The position numbers and the translations under genes were made by a program. A stretch of 64,000 nt of DNA. Source: Eledone cirrhosa. Taxonomy: Eukaryota. How positions within the stretch are numbered: position 1 is the stretch's first letter; each line of letters begins with the position of its first letter. The notes beneath the pieces are model-generated. The model saw only the letters and a list, made by a program, of their open reading frames with translations, searched no databases and was not told the DNA's origin. This document shows, one piece after another, positions 42,713 to 58,484 of this stretch. The DNA lies in NCBI GenBank assembly GCA_964016885.1, contig OZ024762.1, forward strand, positions 558,001-622,000, in the 5' to 3' direction.

Positions 42713-43022
42713 AAGGATGCAATAAATTCATCCGTAGACAATATGCCGCTGGAGCACTCGATGCTCACGCAGTATATTATTATAGATAATGAGGAATGAG
42801 TGATGCATCAAAACACAATTTATTAACATATTACATATGTTTCTGCGACGATCAGCTCGAGGCAGGATCTATTATAGATCGAACCTGACTCTACACTAGC
42901 AACGTCCTCAGATATGTTTATCGTTTTCAAGGCATTTCTTCAATTATAATATATTATATATATATATATACTAGCAAAAGAGCCGGTCGTTGCTGGGTAC
43001 ACCTTTCACGACTGTAAATAAA
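42405..43022 (+). mobile_element. Non-autonomous Helitron/Helentron-like (DINE-1-type) fragments
   Basis: TACTAGCAAAAGAGCCGGTCGTTGCTGGG start at 42969. AAATTTGAACCAAATCGG...ACAGACAGACATTTTCG(TA)n end at 42568-42635. Shared ACACCTTTCACGACTGTAAA segment. Confidence 0.45.
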
Positions 43023-43042
43023 GATCCCTTATCTCCTCAACA

Positions 43043-43128
<86 letters not shown>

Positions 43129-43160
43129 CACGACTCTCTACCACTTTTCCTCTACTTCAA

Positions 43161-43196
43161 TCTTCTGATGAAGGACTAGCGTCCGAAACGTCAAGA
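43161..43196 (+). ncRNA. Minimal type-I hammerhead ribozyme motif, intact
   Basis: TCTT-CTGATGA-A-GGAC(TAGC)GTCC-GAAA-CG-TC^AAGA: stem I TCTT/AAGA, palindromic stem III ACGT, GUC triplet. Confidence 0.72.
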
Positions 43197-43778
43197 CCCT
43201 CTTCCTGCTATATCAAGTGTTAAACTAATATATCCCTTCCATATACTGTACCGATTGTGTTGCTATTTCTGTTTACCTTTTACATACATACATGTATATG
43301 ATATATACACACGGTGTATATATACACACATATATATGATATATACACACTGATGTATATATACACACATATATACGATATATACACACGGTGTATATAT
43401 ACACACATATATATGATATATACACACGGGTGTATATATATACACACATATATATATATATGTACACACGGGTGTATATACACACATATATATATATGTA
43501 CACACGGGTGTATATATATACACACATATATATATATGTACACACGGGTGTATATATATACACACATATATATATATATACACACATATATATATATGCA
43601 CACACGGATGTATACATTAGGCGGTCAGTTTTTAACAAGTTAATAATACATAATTACTTCAAAGACTGTAGTAGTAGTGGTGGTGGTGGTGGTGGTGGTG
43701 TTGGTGGTGGTGGTGGTAGTTGTAGTAGTAGTGGTGGTGGTAGTAGGAGTAGTAGTAGTAGTGGTGGTGGTGGTGGTG

Positions 43779-43833
<55 letters not shown>

Positions 43834-44164
43834 CAGTAGTAACTATTAACCTCCCTAATTTCAACATCCGGTTGTATTACCAGAAATAGCCAGTCCCTAT
43901 TTCCCTCAACTCTCGCCTATATTTATTTACTCCTATAGTTTCTTATATTTTATTTGATCTTACATTTTATATTTTATGTGAAACCAATCCTTAGCAAAAT
44001 AGGGAAGGATATCAGCCCACATAATCTTACTTGTGTTTAATGAGTTAATAATGGGGTCTACATTTAGACACGGGGTCAACAGTTTGAAAGAGGGGGAACA
44101 AGGACAGAGTAGAAGAGTGGATGAGTGAGTATCTGACTGATAAAATGACAAGTCAGTCAATCAT

Positions 44165-44390
44165 ATTGGTGGCCTCCCCACAGTCCCGGCGGACAGAATG
44201 GAGAAGGCGTTTCCCCGGAGGACGACAAGGGAGACGCGCTGGAAGAGCCATTCGAGCTCGCGAGGCTCACACCTGCGGCTGGCCAGCTCAGCGCCTATGG
44301 TGGTGAGTATGGAGGTAGCCCTAGGGCCAAAGACACCAGAAGTTTCCACTGCCAATGGCACAACCGCAAACCTGTCAGAGAGCGACCTAG
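44165..44390 (-). mobile_element. CRE-clade non-LTR retrotransposon C-terminal fragment
   Basis: VPLAVETSGVFGPRATSILTTIG...PRELEWLFQRVSLVVLRGNA matches F.P.AVET.G..G..A...QR.S...QRGNA. Confidence 0.75.
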
Positions 44391-44569
44391 GAAAGTCGAT
44401 TAAATCAACCCAGTGCATTGCTGGTGCTTTATTTTATCAACCACCCCACAAGTGATGATAATACTTTTCTCTAAAACAATTAACAATATTTTAATAATTT
44501 CCAGAATCTGGCTTATTCTTTCTCCTATCTTATCTTTTTTCTGACTTTTAGTTTCTCCCCACCCAACAG

Positions 44570-45341
44570 ATGGCCATGGCGATCGACCAAACTCCAATGC
44601 GAGTCGATATGTCTTCGAAAAATTATGAAGGAAATTCTCTGGTCACTCAAGAAGATGGCTTCACAGAAGCGATAACACAGCCGATGATACGGAACAAATG
44701 TGCAGACGACCGTGATGACAGAGACAGTGAATGTGGAATTGCCTCGTTCCGTCCTCAATTCCTGCAAAGGTTTAACAACATTAAATCATTTACTTTGTTC
44801 TGTTCAGTGTCAGCTCTCTTCTCTCACGCTCTCAAAGTGTATATCTCGTCACAACTTCCAGAGTTGGAGAAACAGTTCCACTTAAGTAGCTTCCAAAGTG
44901 GTTTTATAATCAGTTCTAACGAGATTGGTTTCCTCTTGACCATTCTTCTCGCTAGTCATTTCGCTCCAATGACCCACATACCGCGATTTTTGACATTCTG
45001 TTCCCTAACATTCGGACTAGCAACCATAGCTATGTTTTCTACCTTCTTCGTTCGTCCGGAAACGTTATGGGACCATATCGATAATTCATCGAACACCGGT
45101 TATTCCTCCTTAAACGAAGAGCTGGACTTCCTCTGTACGGACGTTCAACCAAACAACACTGTAGAGAACTTGCGATGTCAACTAGCAGAGAGAATTAATT
45201 ATGACAAGACCCACTTCTCCTACGCCTTGTTTGTAATCCTGATGATCCTACAAGGAATGGCGAAAGCTCCCTGGTCTTCACTGGTACCTCTTTACATTGA
45301 CAACAATGTCTCGGACCAAAGTAAAACTGGATTCTATATGG
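44570..45341 (+). CDS. OATP/SLCO organic anion transporter, first coding exon (N-terminus, about TM1-TM4)
   Basis: Motifs ECGIASFRPQFLQRFNNIKSF, LEKQFHLSSFQSGFIISSNEIG, HIPRF and YIDNNV..KTGFYMG are typical of OATP N-halves. Acceptor ...cccaacag lies directly before ATG 44570. Donor G|GTGAGT, phase 1. Confidence 0.9.
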
Positions 45342-46242
45342 GTGAGTACACACAATTATGTTCAATCTCAACTACGAGGAAATAATATAGATTTTGCACA
45401 AAGTTCTTTCGACTTATATGATGCATCGTTATTTTGAAGAAACATCTCGTATATATGTGTGTGTGTGATAAGGTTTTGCTTGGTTAACATGTCTGAAGAG
45501 CAGATCTGGGCTGGAGTCAGGTCTATAATAGACCCTGAGCCACCCATCTGTGAAACAGTCGTAACTGTGAATAATAAATAAAGACCTTAATGTGACACCT
45601 TGTTATATATATATACACACAGACATACAAGATAGATAGATATATATGTGTGTGTGTATAGATGAGAGAGAGAGAGAGATAAATAGATAGATCGATGAAT
45701 ATATATGTGTGTGTGGATATATATATATATATATATTGGGGGTGGGGGTCCGTCTATATATACATATACACATATATTCTTATTATGTCGTTTCAAAAGC
45801 TCTAAGATATCTTCCAACTTGGTCAGAGTTAGAAAACAAAAAAACAAACAAAACAAGCAACGGAACTCTAAAATTCTCCACATCAGTCAAAGCTCCATAA
45901 AGTTCATCATTGTATTAAAATAGAACAGGAGAGAGAAAAGTAAAAAAAAAAACGATTCCCGCGAAATATCAACTCTCAATTTTTCAATCATATCTTCTGC
46001 AAGGTAAAATAATTATTATATTTCGCCGCAGCAGCGAAATAAATGAAGGACGATTATTCATCACACATTTTCATTGCTTTTTATTGCAAATTATTCTCGT
46101 TTCTTCTCAACAATAAACCGTTTTCTTTCTTCAATCATTTCTCATTGAATTTTGAAGCGTAAGGTTTTGAAACATAGCCCTAGTGACGGCCATTTTTATT
46201 ATGAATTAACTAAGATGGCAGCGTTTCTCGTTAATCCATTGC

Positions 46243-46353
<111 letters not shown>

Positions 46354-46358
46354 GTATG

Positions 46359-46390
<32 letters not shown>

Positions 46391-47093
46391 GTATTGTGAT
46401 GTTGTCAACCTATTAATGTGTATATACATACATATCTATATATCTATATCTATATACATATATTTAAAAGTATATATGAATATATATATATATCTACATA
46501 TATGTATATATATTCATATATGTACATATATATATATTTATTAAAATAATATATATATACATATATATATACATATATATATATATACACATGTATATAT
46601 ATATATATATACATGTATATATAATGCTGCCAGCACAGAGATATTTCCCATAATCATTGCATATCACACGTGGGATAATCCCCCACCACCGCCACTCCAC
46701 CCTTCTTACTTTCTTTCTTTCTTTCTCCATGATTACTTCAGCTACATCAACTCGCCACCAGACGACGCCACCAGTATATTGCATTTTTCTATATCACAAT
46801 TATAATTCATATACATATATATACATACATGGACAAACATACACACATATATACACACACACATATATACACGCACACATACACACACATATATACACAC
46901 ACACATACACACACATATATACACACACACATACACACACATATATACATACACAACCATACACATTCACACTCACTCACATACTCTCTCAAACAAGCAC
47001 ATTCACATATAAGCTCATATACACACTCCCACATCATTACCCCCACCCCCACCGCCGCCACCAACAACAACAACACACGCCACCACCATCAGC

Positions 47094-47890
47094 ATGATGG
47101 CGACGATGGTAATTGTGATGATGGTGATGATGATAGCTATGGTGGTGGTGATGATGGAGGTGATGATGGTGGTGATGGTGATGATGGTGTTGATGATGGT
47201 GATGGTGGTGATGATGGTGATGGTGGTGGTGATGATGGTGGTGATGATGGTGGTGATGATGGTGATGGTGATGGTGGTGGTGGTGATGGAGGTGATGATG
47301 GTAGTGATGGTGATGGTGATGGTGATGGTGATGATGGTGGTGATAGTGATGATAGTGGTGATGGTGATGATGGTGGTGATAGTGATGGTGATGGTGATGA
47401 TGGTGGTGATGATGGTGATGGTGGTGGTGATGATGGTGGTGATGATGGAGGTGATGATGGTGGTAGTGATGGTGATGGTGATGATGGTGGTGATGATGGT
47501 GATGGTGGTGGTGATGATGGTGGTGATGATGGTGATGGTGGTGGTGATGATGGTGGTGATGATGGTGATGGTGATGATGGTGATGGTGATGGTGATGATG
47601 GTGGTGGTGGTGATGATGCTGGTGATGATGATGATGGAGGTGATGATGGTGGTGGTGATGATGATGGTGATGGTGATGATGATGATGGTGATGGAGGTGG
47701 TGGTGGTGGTGGTGGTGGTGATGCTGGTGATGATGATGATGGAGGTGATGATGGTGGTGGTGATGATGGTGATGGAGGTGGTGGTGGTGGTGGTGGTGGT
47801 GATGGTGGTGGTGGTGATATTGATGTTGATGATGATGACAATGGTGACAGTGGTAGTGACGATGTGACGATGACGATGACGATGACGACA
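47094..47890. repeat. (GAT/GGT)n trinucleotide tract in an SLCO intron
   Basis: Seen directly; explains the poly-H, poly-DG and poly-MV ORFs. Confidence 0.95.
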
Positions 47891-48319
47891 ATGTCGATGT
47901 AACGATAAGGAAGCAAGGCTGTGTCGTCTGCTGCCGTCCATTCTATAAGATGGCCTCCATTACCAGAGACAGGTAGTGGCGTTCCAAGCCAACCATTCCC
48001 AACTTTGGTAAATGCCATCAACTGATAAAGTTAACGTATTCCACACAATCAGCGCCATATTGGCTGTCCTGGAAAATATGTAACACACCCCACCAAACCA
48101 CCTCACCACCTCACCACCAACCCTCCACCCCCACCCCGACCACTACACCACCACACCACCACACCAGTACACCACCACACCACCACACCTCCACCCCGAC
48201 CGCTACCCCCCCCCCCCCCGACCACTACACCACCACACCCCACACCCACCACATCCTCCTCGCTTTCTTTCTCCACTACCACCTCTCTCTCATATATATA
48301 TATATATACACACACACAC

Positions 48320-48410
<91 letters not shown>

Positions 48411-48711
48411 CAAGGTTTTTTATATGAAATCGTGTGTCGAAACAAATATTGTTATACTTGGGGAGGGTCATGTTGTTATAATAATATTGCCAGAAATAAT
48501 AACAGAACACACTCACTGTTCACTTCTGTATCTTTTATACCTCCATAGTTAATTTGTCTGGCAATCAATGTTTATCATTGACTGACCAACGGTTAAAGAT
48601 ACAGATATAAATATATATATATAGTCTATCAAAGTTCTTTCGTCACACAACTGTGACATCATCAGTGGTACTATTATGTTTCCTCCCATTGTATTGAAAA
48701 GTCTACGCCAT

Positions 48712-48776
<65 letters not shown>

Positions 48777-48781
48777 TATAT

Positions 48782-48818
<37 letters not shown>

Positions 48819-49187
48819 GCATAACCAAAATTTCCTACACTTAACATGTATGTGTGGGGGTGTGTGTGTGGTGGTGTATTGAACAAGGTGGATGTTTCCC
48901 CAAAGAATGCCCTAACCACACAGCCATGAGTCAAGGTAGGACACTTCAGATCAGGTCAACTTCCGCCCAGATTCTTTACACTTAGAAAAACTAATTCTGT
49001 CAAAACAATTCATAGGCACTATATCTTGTGTGTGTGTGTGTGTGTGTGCGTGTATGTGTATGTATATGTGTATTTATGCATATATATATATATGTGTGTG
49101 TGTGTGTATATATGTATGTATATATATGTGTGTGTATATACATGTATATATATATATATATACACATGTATATATATATACACACAG

Positions 49188-49248
<61 letters not shown>

Positions 49249-49392
49249 TATGTATGTATATGTGTATGTATGTACATATATATATATTGTCTATGTCAAT
49301 AATACTACGTAATAGGATTACACCAAATTCTTGCCACTCCGTAATCCTTCTCTCTGCCATTTCATATTACTTCCGGTTGTATGTGTATATAT

Positions 49393-49445
<53 letters not shown>

Positions 49446-49446
49446 T

Positions 49447-49525
<79 letters not shown>

Positions 49526-49537
49526 TTATATATATAT

Positions 49538-49636
<99 letters not shown>

Positions 49637-49695
49637 TACATATATATACATATATATAAATAAATATATATATATATATATATAAATAAATATAT

Positions 49696-49970
<275 letters not shown>

Positions 49971-50001
49971 CGTGTGTGTGTGTATGTATATGTGTGTGTG
50001 T

Positions 50002-50038
<37 letters not shown>

Positions 50039-50153
50039 TGTGTGCCATAAAAGTGACATGAAGTTACCAATGTCACCATATCCCAAAGTCGTAAATATCT
50101 CGTCAGTTACTCATCTGTCAAATGTCAGCTGACTGGGATTCACAAACACATTC

Positions 50154-50217
<64 letters not shown>

Positions 50218-50396
50218 AAATAAAATAAAATAAAATAAATAAGTCAAACATTTAAAATTTGACTTATTTATTTTAGTTTATTTTACATTACTCCGGAGTA
50301 ACCAAACCAACCTGCGCACCACGTCGAGTGCTCCAATCTGCATACTCAGGTGTTGGTATACAACCAACATATACTCAAAATTTATATATATATATA

Positions 50397-50626
50397 TATT
50401 ATAATAAAATAACAGGAGGCTGGACTGGTGTAAATCCTTGAAAGGTTTATTATACTATGATCATTTCAATGACCGGGTTCCGTATGAATCCGGTGATATC
50501 ATCAGGTATTCGAATACCTGATGATATCACCGGATTCATACGGAACCCGGTCATTGAAATGATCATAGTATAATAAACCTTTCAAGGATTTACACCAGTC
50601 CAGCCTCCTGTTATTTTATTATAATA
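50397..50626. repeat. Perfect 230-bp palindrome with a hammerhead motif in each arm
   Basis: Centre TTCGAA (50509-50514). Plus-strand motif ATAC-CTGATGA-...-GAAA-TGATCA-TA-GTAT at 50514-50571, mirrored at 50452-50509. Confidence 0.88.
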
Positions 50627-50840
50627 ATTAACTCCGTACCAACTACACAAACGAAGACGGGTGAGCTGCATTACGTTGAGTTCTCTCCATAATATTACAT
50701 CGAGATTGACCATACGGAATGACCAATTCTATCCAGTGGTGAACCAACAAACCTAAATATATAGATATATATATATGTCCCAAGTCTCTGATACCATCAA
50801 CACTATAAACACAGAGCTGGCATATCTAAGAACTGACTAA

Positions 50841-50894
50841 CTGTCTGATGAGGTCATAGCCATTCAATGGCTATCATCGAAATATATATAGCAG
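50841..50894 (+). ncRNA. Type-I hammerhead ribozyme motif
   Basis: CTGT-CTGATGA-GGTc ATAGCCATT c AATGGCTAT cATC-GAAA-TATATA-TA-GCAG. Confidence 0.62.
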
Positions 50895-50936
50895 TAAATA
50901 AAGGATTATGAGTTCATGCAATTGACTTATGTTTCG

Positions 50937-50984
<48 letters not shown>

Positions 50985-51249
50985 AAACGAATCGAGCTGT
51001 GTGGTTACTGTAAACAAAGTTTAAGATGGTAATATGGACGAAACAAGAGAAGGAAACCTTCATCAGCTGTAAACCGCATGTCCTTTTGATCGATAAAAGG
51101 CCTTGGGCGCGCCGCTAATCGCTTTTGATGTCATGTTGAGTTCCGATGCATCACTGATTCTTCGTTTTCCATTTTATCATACTCTGCTCCGTAGGAGCAT
51201 TGAGTGCTCAACCGGCATACCGCCTATGGACGCATCCTAGCAACCATAC

Positions 51250-51300
<51 letters not shown>

Positions 51301-51653
51301 CGAAGGAGGTGTGGTAAGGAACCAGATGGACCATAACGCACCAGTGTACTCAATACTTAGGGTAGTAGAGTGGATGATATGAAATTTTTTAACCCGACGG
51401 CAGAGCTCAAGCCGTTTCGACGGCTATTTCAGTCCAGAAATAGCCGTCGAAACGGCTTGAGCTCTGCCGTCGGGGTTTTAAATGTTCCTATATATATATA
51501 TCACAAAATCGGATTTTCAGCTGAAGATACCGTTCTGATAACAACAGCAAATGCATAAATTACACCATGGATTGCAGAAGGGAACCGTTGAAATAATTAT
51601 TATGAATAAACGATTTATGTAACATCAGCATCTTTCTTAATGCTATTCTTATA

Positions 51654-51684
<31 letters not shown>

Positions 51685-51978
51685 TAACTATTTACATAGC
51701 GTATTGTACTTAGATTAGAGTGCCGTGTGGTGAGTGTATAGGCCTGAAACCGATTTCGTGGGTTAAAGCGTGTGTAAGATAGCGACATTTTATGCATCCA
51801 AGGTGAGAGAAATAGTTATATTTAGTGTTTAAATATATATATGTAAATATATATATATATATGTGTGTGTGTGTGAGTCCCGGGTTCAATCGGGAGTAAC
51901 CACAGTTAGTAATGTTCTTAATATATTAGTAGAGTGTAAACATCAAGTTTAATGTAGAAGCCAGTTCTACATTAAACT

Positions 51979-52041
<63 letters not shown>

Positions 52042-52372
52042 AAATATAAAACAATCAAACTTTTGCTTAATACATTTAATTGCTGACGATCGTTTCTTCC
52101 AGATAACTGCCTGGAATCATCGGAGATTACACAAAGTTTAAACAAGTAATTACATTCTTAATCTATCGAACATTCGTCAGCAATTAAATGTATTCAGCAA
52201 AAATTTGATTATTTCATACTTGATTATTTTATATTTTGTATCTCTGCTCTGTAATACATCTGATAATTTACATTGAGCTTCTTCTCTGACTGGTAATTGG
52301 GTAGAGTTTAGTACTACTCTTTCATATGTATAATTGTATATAACTCGTATATAAGTATAAATAATATTATTA

Positions 52373-52409
<37 letters not shown>

Positions 52410-52726
52410 GGCTGCCAACTCGTTTTCGAGTACGGCCACTACTTTATATCCATGTAGGAGAACCCCTACCGATGTGCTGAACGAATGTAACTTTAGTCCA
52501 GCCAGCGACTTGAAAACTCTGGTACAAACACTACACTTGTGACAATTATTGACACATAGTGCTGGGCCCATGGTACCCTGTGACGACAAGGGCAGAGAGA
52601 TCTCCAGATATAAAGCAATGCCTGTGCCGTGAAGCTTTTATAGTGAGCAAAGGCACTGCACAAAGCCAGTCCCACTCTCTTAACCAAGATGATATTTACC
52701 AAACAGAAGAACAAGTCAACATCATT

Positions 52727-52776
<50 letters not shown>

Positions 52777-53057
52777 GCTACCCAACACCACCTGACCACC
52801 CGTCAACACCTTCCTAGATACTCTTTTATTTCTATCACTGTTGACATTTAAGTAACTCCTATCTAGTCTTGACAACAGACTCAAGATCTTTGTTGTACAC
52901 CCCCCCCCCCCCACCACCACCACCACACACACGGATATGCCCCCCACACACACACACACTCGAATATGTCCCACCTACCCCCCACAACACACAAACACAC
53001 ACATATATATACACTACATACATATATATATACACTACATATATATATATATATGTA

Positions 53058-53110
<53 letters not shown>

Positions 53111-53427
53111 CATTTGCTGGGGCTGCCTGGTTGTGTCCACATAAATTTCTCAAAGAAGAAAAAAGAAAATGGTCGAGATAGGGAACAGTAAACAGAATTA
53201 ATTGTGTAAACTATATTCCAACTTGAAGGTGTTTGAGGGTCACCTGACAGTTGCCCAATTGAGCTGAAATTTTGGATACCCCGTTACTTTGTTGATTGGA
53301 ACCGGATTAGGGGGTGGGAGCAGCAACAATTTAACTTTCGGAAAATTACCTATTGCTAAGGGCCACCCTAATATATATATATAATTGTTAAATTACATAA
53401 TTATTTATTCTTTGTCTTAATATTTAG

Positions 53428-53514
53428 GTATCATATTCTGCTTCCAACTGATGGGCCCTGGATTGGCATTTGGTCTTGGAGCCATAGTGTCCAAAATTCC
53501 TGTAGATTTAATTG
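53428..53514 (+). CDS. OATP/SLCO exon (TM5)
   Basis: tatttag|...G|GTAAGT, 87 nt, phase 1/1. Translates GIIFCFQLMGPGLAFGLGAIVSKIPVDLI, matching the OATP GP..G..LG....YVD motif. Confidence 0.88.
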
Positions 53515-53934
53515 GTAAGTACTATAAACATATTACATCTTCCTGTTTAGTCTTGGAGTTATTGTGTCCAAAATTGTGTCAAGTACTGGGGTGAATTCTG
53601 CCCCTAAATCTCTTTCTCACTTCCTCTCTCTCCATATATATATATATAGGAACAAGCTAATTCTGGACTAAATAAAAATATATATATATATATAGTACCA
53701 GTCAAGTACTGGGGTCAATTCTGCTTCTATATCTATTTCTCACTATATATATATATATTCTTACCAAAATACACCCCCGTCCCACTACCCCCACCCCATC
53801 CACCCCCTTCAATGTGAAGCTATGTTGGTACCACAACATCCAGTCCGAAACAAATGAGGTCGTGTAGGTGTCACGACAAAAAAACACACAGTCCATGCTG
53901 TAATGTGGCCGTGTAGGTAACACGGTAAAAACCT

Positions 53935-54112
53935 CCCAGTCCACACTGTAAACGTGGTTGGTGTTAGGAAGGGCATCCAGCTGTAGAAAACCTGCCAGAC
54001 AGTCCTATACGAGCAGGACAACCACGCTTGCCTCAAGTGGGAAAATTACTGTCCAAACCCATGCAAGCGTGGAAGATGGACGTTAAACGATGATGATGAT
54101 GATGATGATGAT
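53935..54112 (+). mobile_element. 3' half of an RTE-tailed SINE
   Basis: GGTTGGTGTTAGGAAGGGCATCCAGCTGTAGAAA is identical to 25179-25212; ends GACGTTAAAC(GAT)n. Confidence 0.7.
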
Positions 54113-54317
54113 ATATATATAGTACCAGTCTAGTACTGGGGTCAATTCTGCCTCTAAATCTATCATTTCCTCTGTCTCTGGAAGAAATCTGCTGTATTCA
54201 GGCCTGGACAGGGTTGGACTCTGCCAGGTTTTAAATGTCCAAGAAACACTGTATGGCAATACAGCACCCTACAGCTCTGTCTGGAGTTACGGGACCATAC
54301 CATACCTCATACATAGC

Positions 54318-54431
<114 letters not shown>

Positions 54432-54447
54432 TACATATATATATATT

Positions 54448-54710
<263 letters not shown>

Positions 54711-54809
54711 TAAATATATATATTTATATATATAAATAAATATATTTATATATATAAATAAATATATATTTATATATATATAAATAAATATATTTATATA
54801 TATAAATAA

Positions 54810-54841
<32 letters not shown>

Positions 54842-55323
54842 GTATATAGGAAAAAGTATGACCCCGACGGCAGAGCTCAAGCCATTTCGACGGATATTTC
54901 TGGATATATATATATATGTATGTATCATTGCTAACAGGGAAAGCAGACACTAAAACGATAAAGGTGATGTATATATATATATATACATGTTCCCATCACA
55001 GTTAATTAGCAAAATCTTTGATCAAGCAATCAATATCATTCGATCAATCAATTAATTAGACAGACAACTTCGATTCTAACAGCAACAACAACAGCAACAG
55101 CAATAATAAAAACAGTAACAACACCAACAATGACACCATCAACAACAACAACAACCACAACAACAACAACAACAACCACAACAACAATCACAACAACAAC
55201 AACAACAAACGTAATATTTCTACTTTTATTTTCACATTTAATTAAATTTATTTAAATGAAATGTTTTTGTTTATTTTTCGTCAGACACTGTACTGTAAAT
55301 AGAGTTCATTTAGACATGACACC

Positions 55324-55367
<44 letters not shown>

Positions 55368-55639
55368 AAAGTATGCATGTATGTATGCATGCATACATAC
55401 ATGTACATATATATATATATATATACATACACACTTATATAAAACCTATATAAAAACTCCCCAATCAATCAATACCAATGTGCTAGGTTGGCGCTATTGA
55501 ACTTCATCAATACTGATAGACACTCACATTATCTGCTTACGTTGAAACCAATACTTACTGATTGGTAAAATAACTGACAAAGTTGACTTGATTTTAGCTG
55601 GATTTTTATTGCTATATATATATATATATGTATACATAA

Positions 55640-55682
<43 letters not shown>

Positions 55683-55731
55683 CATAAATATATATATATA
55701 TATATATATTTACATATATATATATATGTAA

Positions 55732-55852
<121 letters not shown>

Positions 55853-55999
55853 CATATATATATATATGTATACATATATAGACATATATATAATCATGGG
55901 ATATACAAAATATAAACTATATAACAATATATCTATGTATACATATATATATATATATGTATACATATATATATATATATGTATACACACATATATATG

Positions 56000-56030
<31 letters not shown>

Positions 56031-56042
56031 ATATATGTATAC

Positions 56043-56080
<38 letters not shown>

Positions 56081-56081
56081 G

Positions 56082-56147
<66 letters not shown>

Positions 56148-56376
56148 CTTATATATATGTATATATATATATATGTATGTATATATATATATATGTATGT
56201 ATATATATATATATATTGCACCCCACCCACCCCTTCAATGTTCCCTTCCTAATTCTCTATTTGTTGATTTTGGTTTTGTTAATAGCAGCCTAATGTAGTC
56301 TTTAACACCAGTCTATACATATATATATATATATATACATATATATATACATATATATATATACATATATATATAC

Positions 56377-56497
<121 letters not shown>

Positions 56498-56532
56498 CAT
56501 ACGTGTGTGTATATATTTATATACATACATAC

Positions 56533-56578
<46 letters not shown>

Positions 56579-56633
56579 GTATGTATATATATATGTGTGT
56601 ATATATTTATATACATACATACATGTGTGTGTG

Positions 56634-56679
<46 letters not shown>

Positions 56680-57544
56680 CATATGTATGTATATATATAT
56701 ATAGAGAGAGAGAGAGAACGAGAGAGAGACAGGTAAATATATATATATATGTATATAGACAGGTAAATATATATATATATGTATATAGACAGGTAAATAT
56801 ATATATATATATATGTATATAGACAGGTAAATATATATATATCTGTGTGTATATCCTCAAAAAAATCTTGTCAAAGAGGTCAATTGAATGGGTGCAAATA
56901 AACATTGGTGGTGGTGGGGAGTTGGTAGAGGCGGGAAGGGTGGGTGTGGAGTTGTTTTACCACCACCACAACCATTATCATCATCACCCACCCCCCCTCC
57001 CCCTCCACAACAACCACAAATAACAACACAATACCCCCACCACCATCACCAACAACAACAACACCACCACCACCATCACCAACAACACAACACCACCACC
57101 AACACCACCACCACCACCACCAACAACAACACCACCACCATCACCATCACCAACAACACGACCATCACTAACAACAACAACACCACCACCACAACCATCA
57201 CCATCACCAACACCACCACCATCACCAACAACACCACCACCACCACCATCACCAACAACAACCCCACCACCACCACCATCACCAACAACACAACACCACC
57301 ACCATCACCAACAACAACCCCACCACCACCACCATCACCAACAACACAACACCACCACCAACACCACCACCATCACCAACAACAACAACACCACCACCAC
57401 CACCACCATCACCAACAACAACAATAACACACACAACATTAGCTGTGATCACTTTGCAGCTTAAAATACTGGCAGTGCAACTAAAAAGTATATTCAGTTT
57501 ACTCAGTTGTTGAAAAGATTTGCGACCCATATATCTATCAATGT

Positions 57545-58455
57545 TTAACTCTTTACCATTTACATTATTCTATATTTACTATTGTATTTAGAGGTTTTAC
57601 CTCTTTGGAGTAATGTTACTCGATAAAGTGTGTAGCTCAAAGGTGAGGGAGTCACTCCAGGTAGAGCTGCTGCTTCTCTGAATTGAGTGATCACAGCTCT
57701 GATACTATGGACATGTGGTTAGAACATCTCAGGAGAGAATCACTGGACAGATTTGTAGCTCAGAGATCAGAGAGTCACTCCAGGTAGTGCTGCTATTCTC
57801 TGAATTGAGTGATCACAGCTCTGATACTATGGACATGTGGTTAGAACATCTCAGGAGAGAAGCACTGGACAGATTTGTAGCTTAGAGATCAGAGAGTCAC
57901 TCCAGGTAGAGCTGCTACTACTCCAAATTGAGAGATCACAGCTCTGATACTATGGGTATATCTCAAGAAAGAATTACTGGAGAGATTTTACGAGCAAAAC
58001 CAACCAACAGGAGACCCAGGGGTAGACCCCAAGCAAGATGGTTGGATAACATCTATGAGCTTGGCTGGTCTTACTTGGGGATCCAGCTGGATCTGTTGGA
58101 GACAGTTGCTTCTGGCAGGACTCTCTGGAAGGAGTGTTTGAGGAGGACTCTAACCCCCACAACCCTCTCAGGAATAAGTGGGAGATAAAGAAGAAGGCTT
58201 TACCTCACAATTATCTCACATAATATCAAATCTATGAGATTTTGATAATATCTATTTTGAGAACAAAACCTCAAAGTCGGTATGAGCAGCCAGTTACAGC
58301 CGGTTTGAACAGAAAGAGGTGAGAGAATTCTGGCCAGTTACAGCCAGTTTAAACAGAAAGAGGTGAGAGAATTCTGGCCAGTTACAGCCAGTTTAAACAG
58401 AAAGAGGTGAGAGAATTCTGGCCAGTTATGGCTGGTTTAAATGCTAAAGGGTTAA
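57545..58455. mobile_element. TTAA-flanked MITE with a nested RTE (Rex3/Expander-like) 3' fragment at about 57605-58195
   Basis: Ends TTAACTCTTTACCATTTACATT and AATGCTAAAGGGTTAA. Insert encodes RRPRGRPQARWLDNIYELGW and has an internal repeat of about 122 bp. A 44-bp tandem repeat lies at 58290-58440. Confidence 0.7.
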
Positions 58456-58484
58456 TGGTTTTAATTTAACTTTTCTGTTTTCAG

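Noticed and set aside
46829-48021. His-rich, Asp/Gly-rich and Pro/Ser-rich ORFs (possible biomineral or metal-binding proteins)
   Set aside because: Open in most frames on both strands because the region is a (GAT/GGT)n tract; no signal peptide or splice support; intronic.
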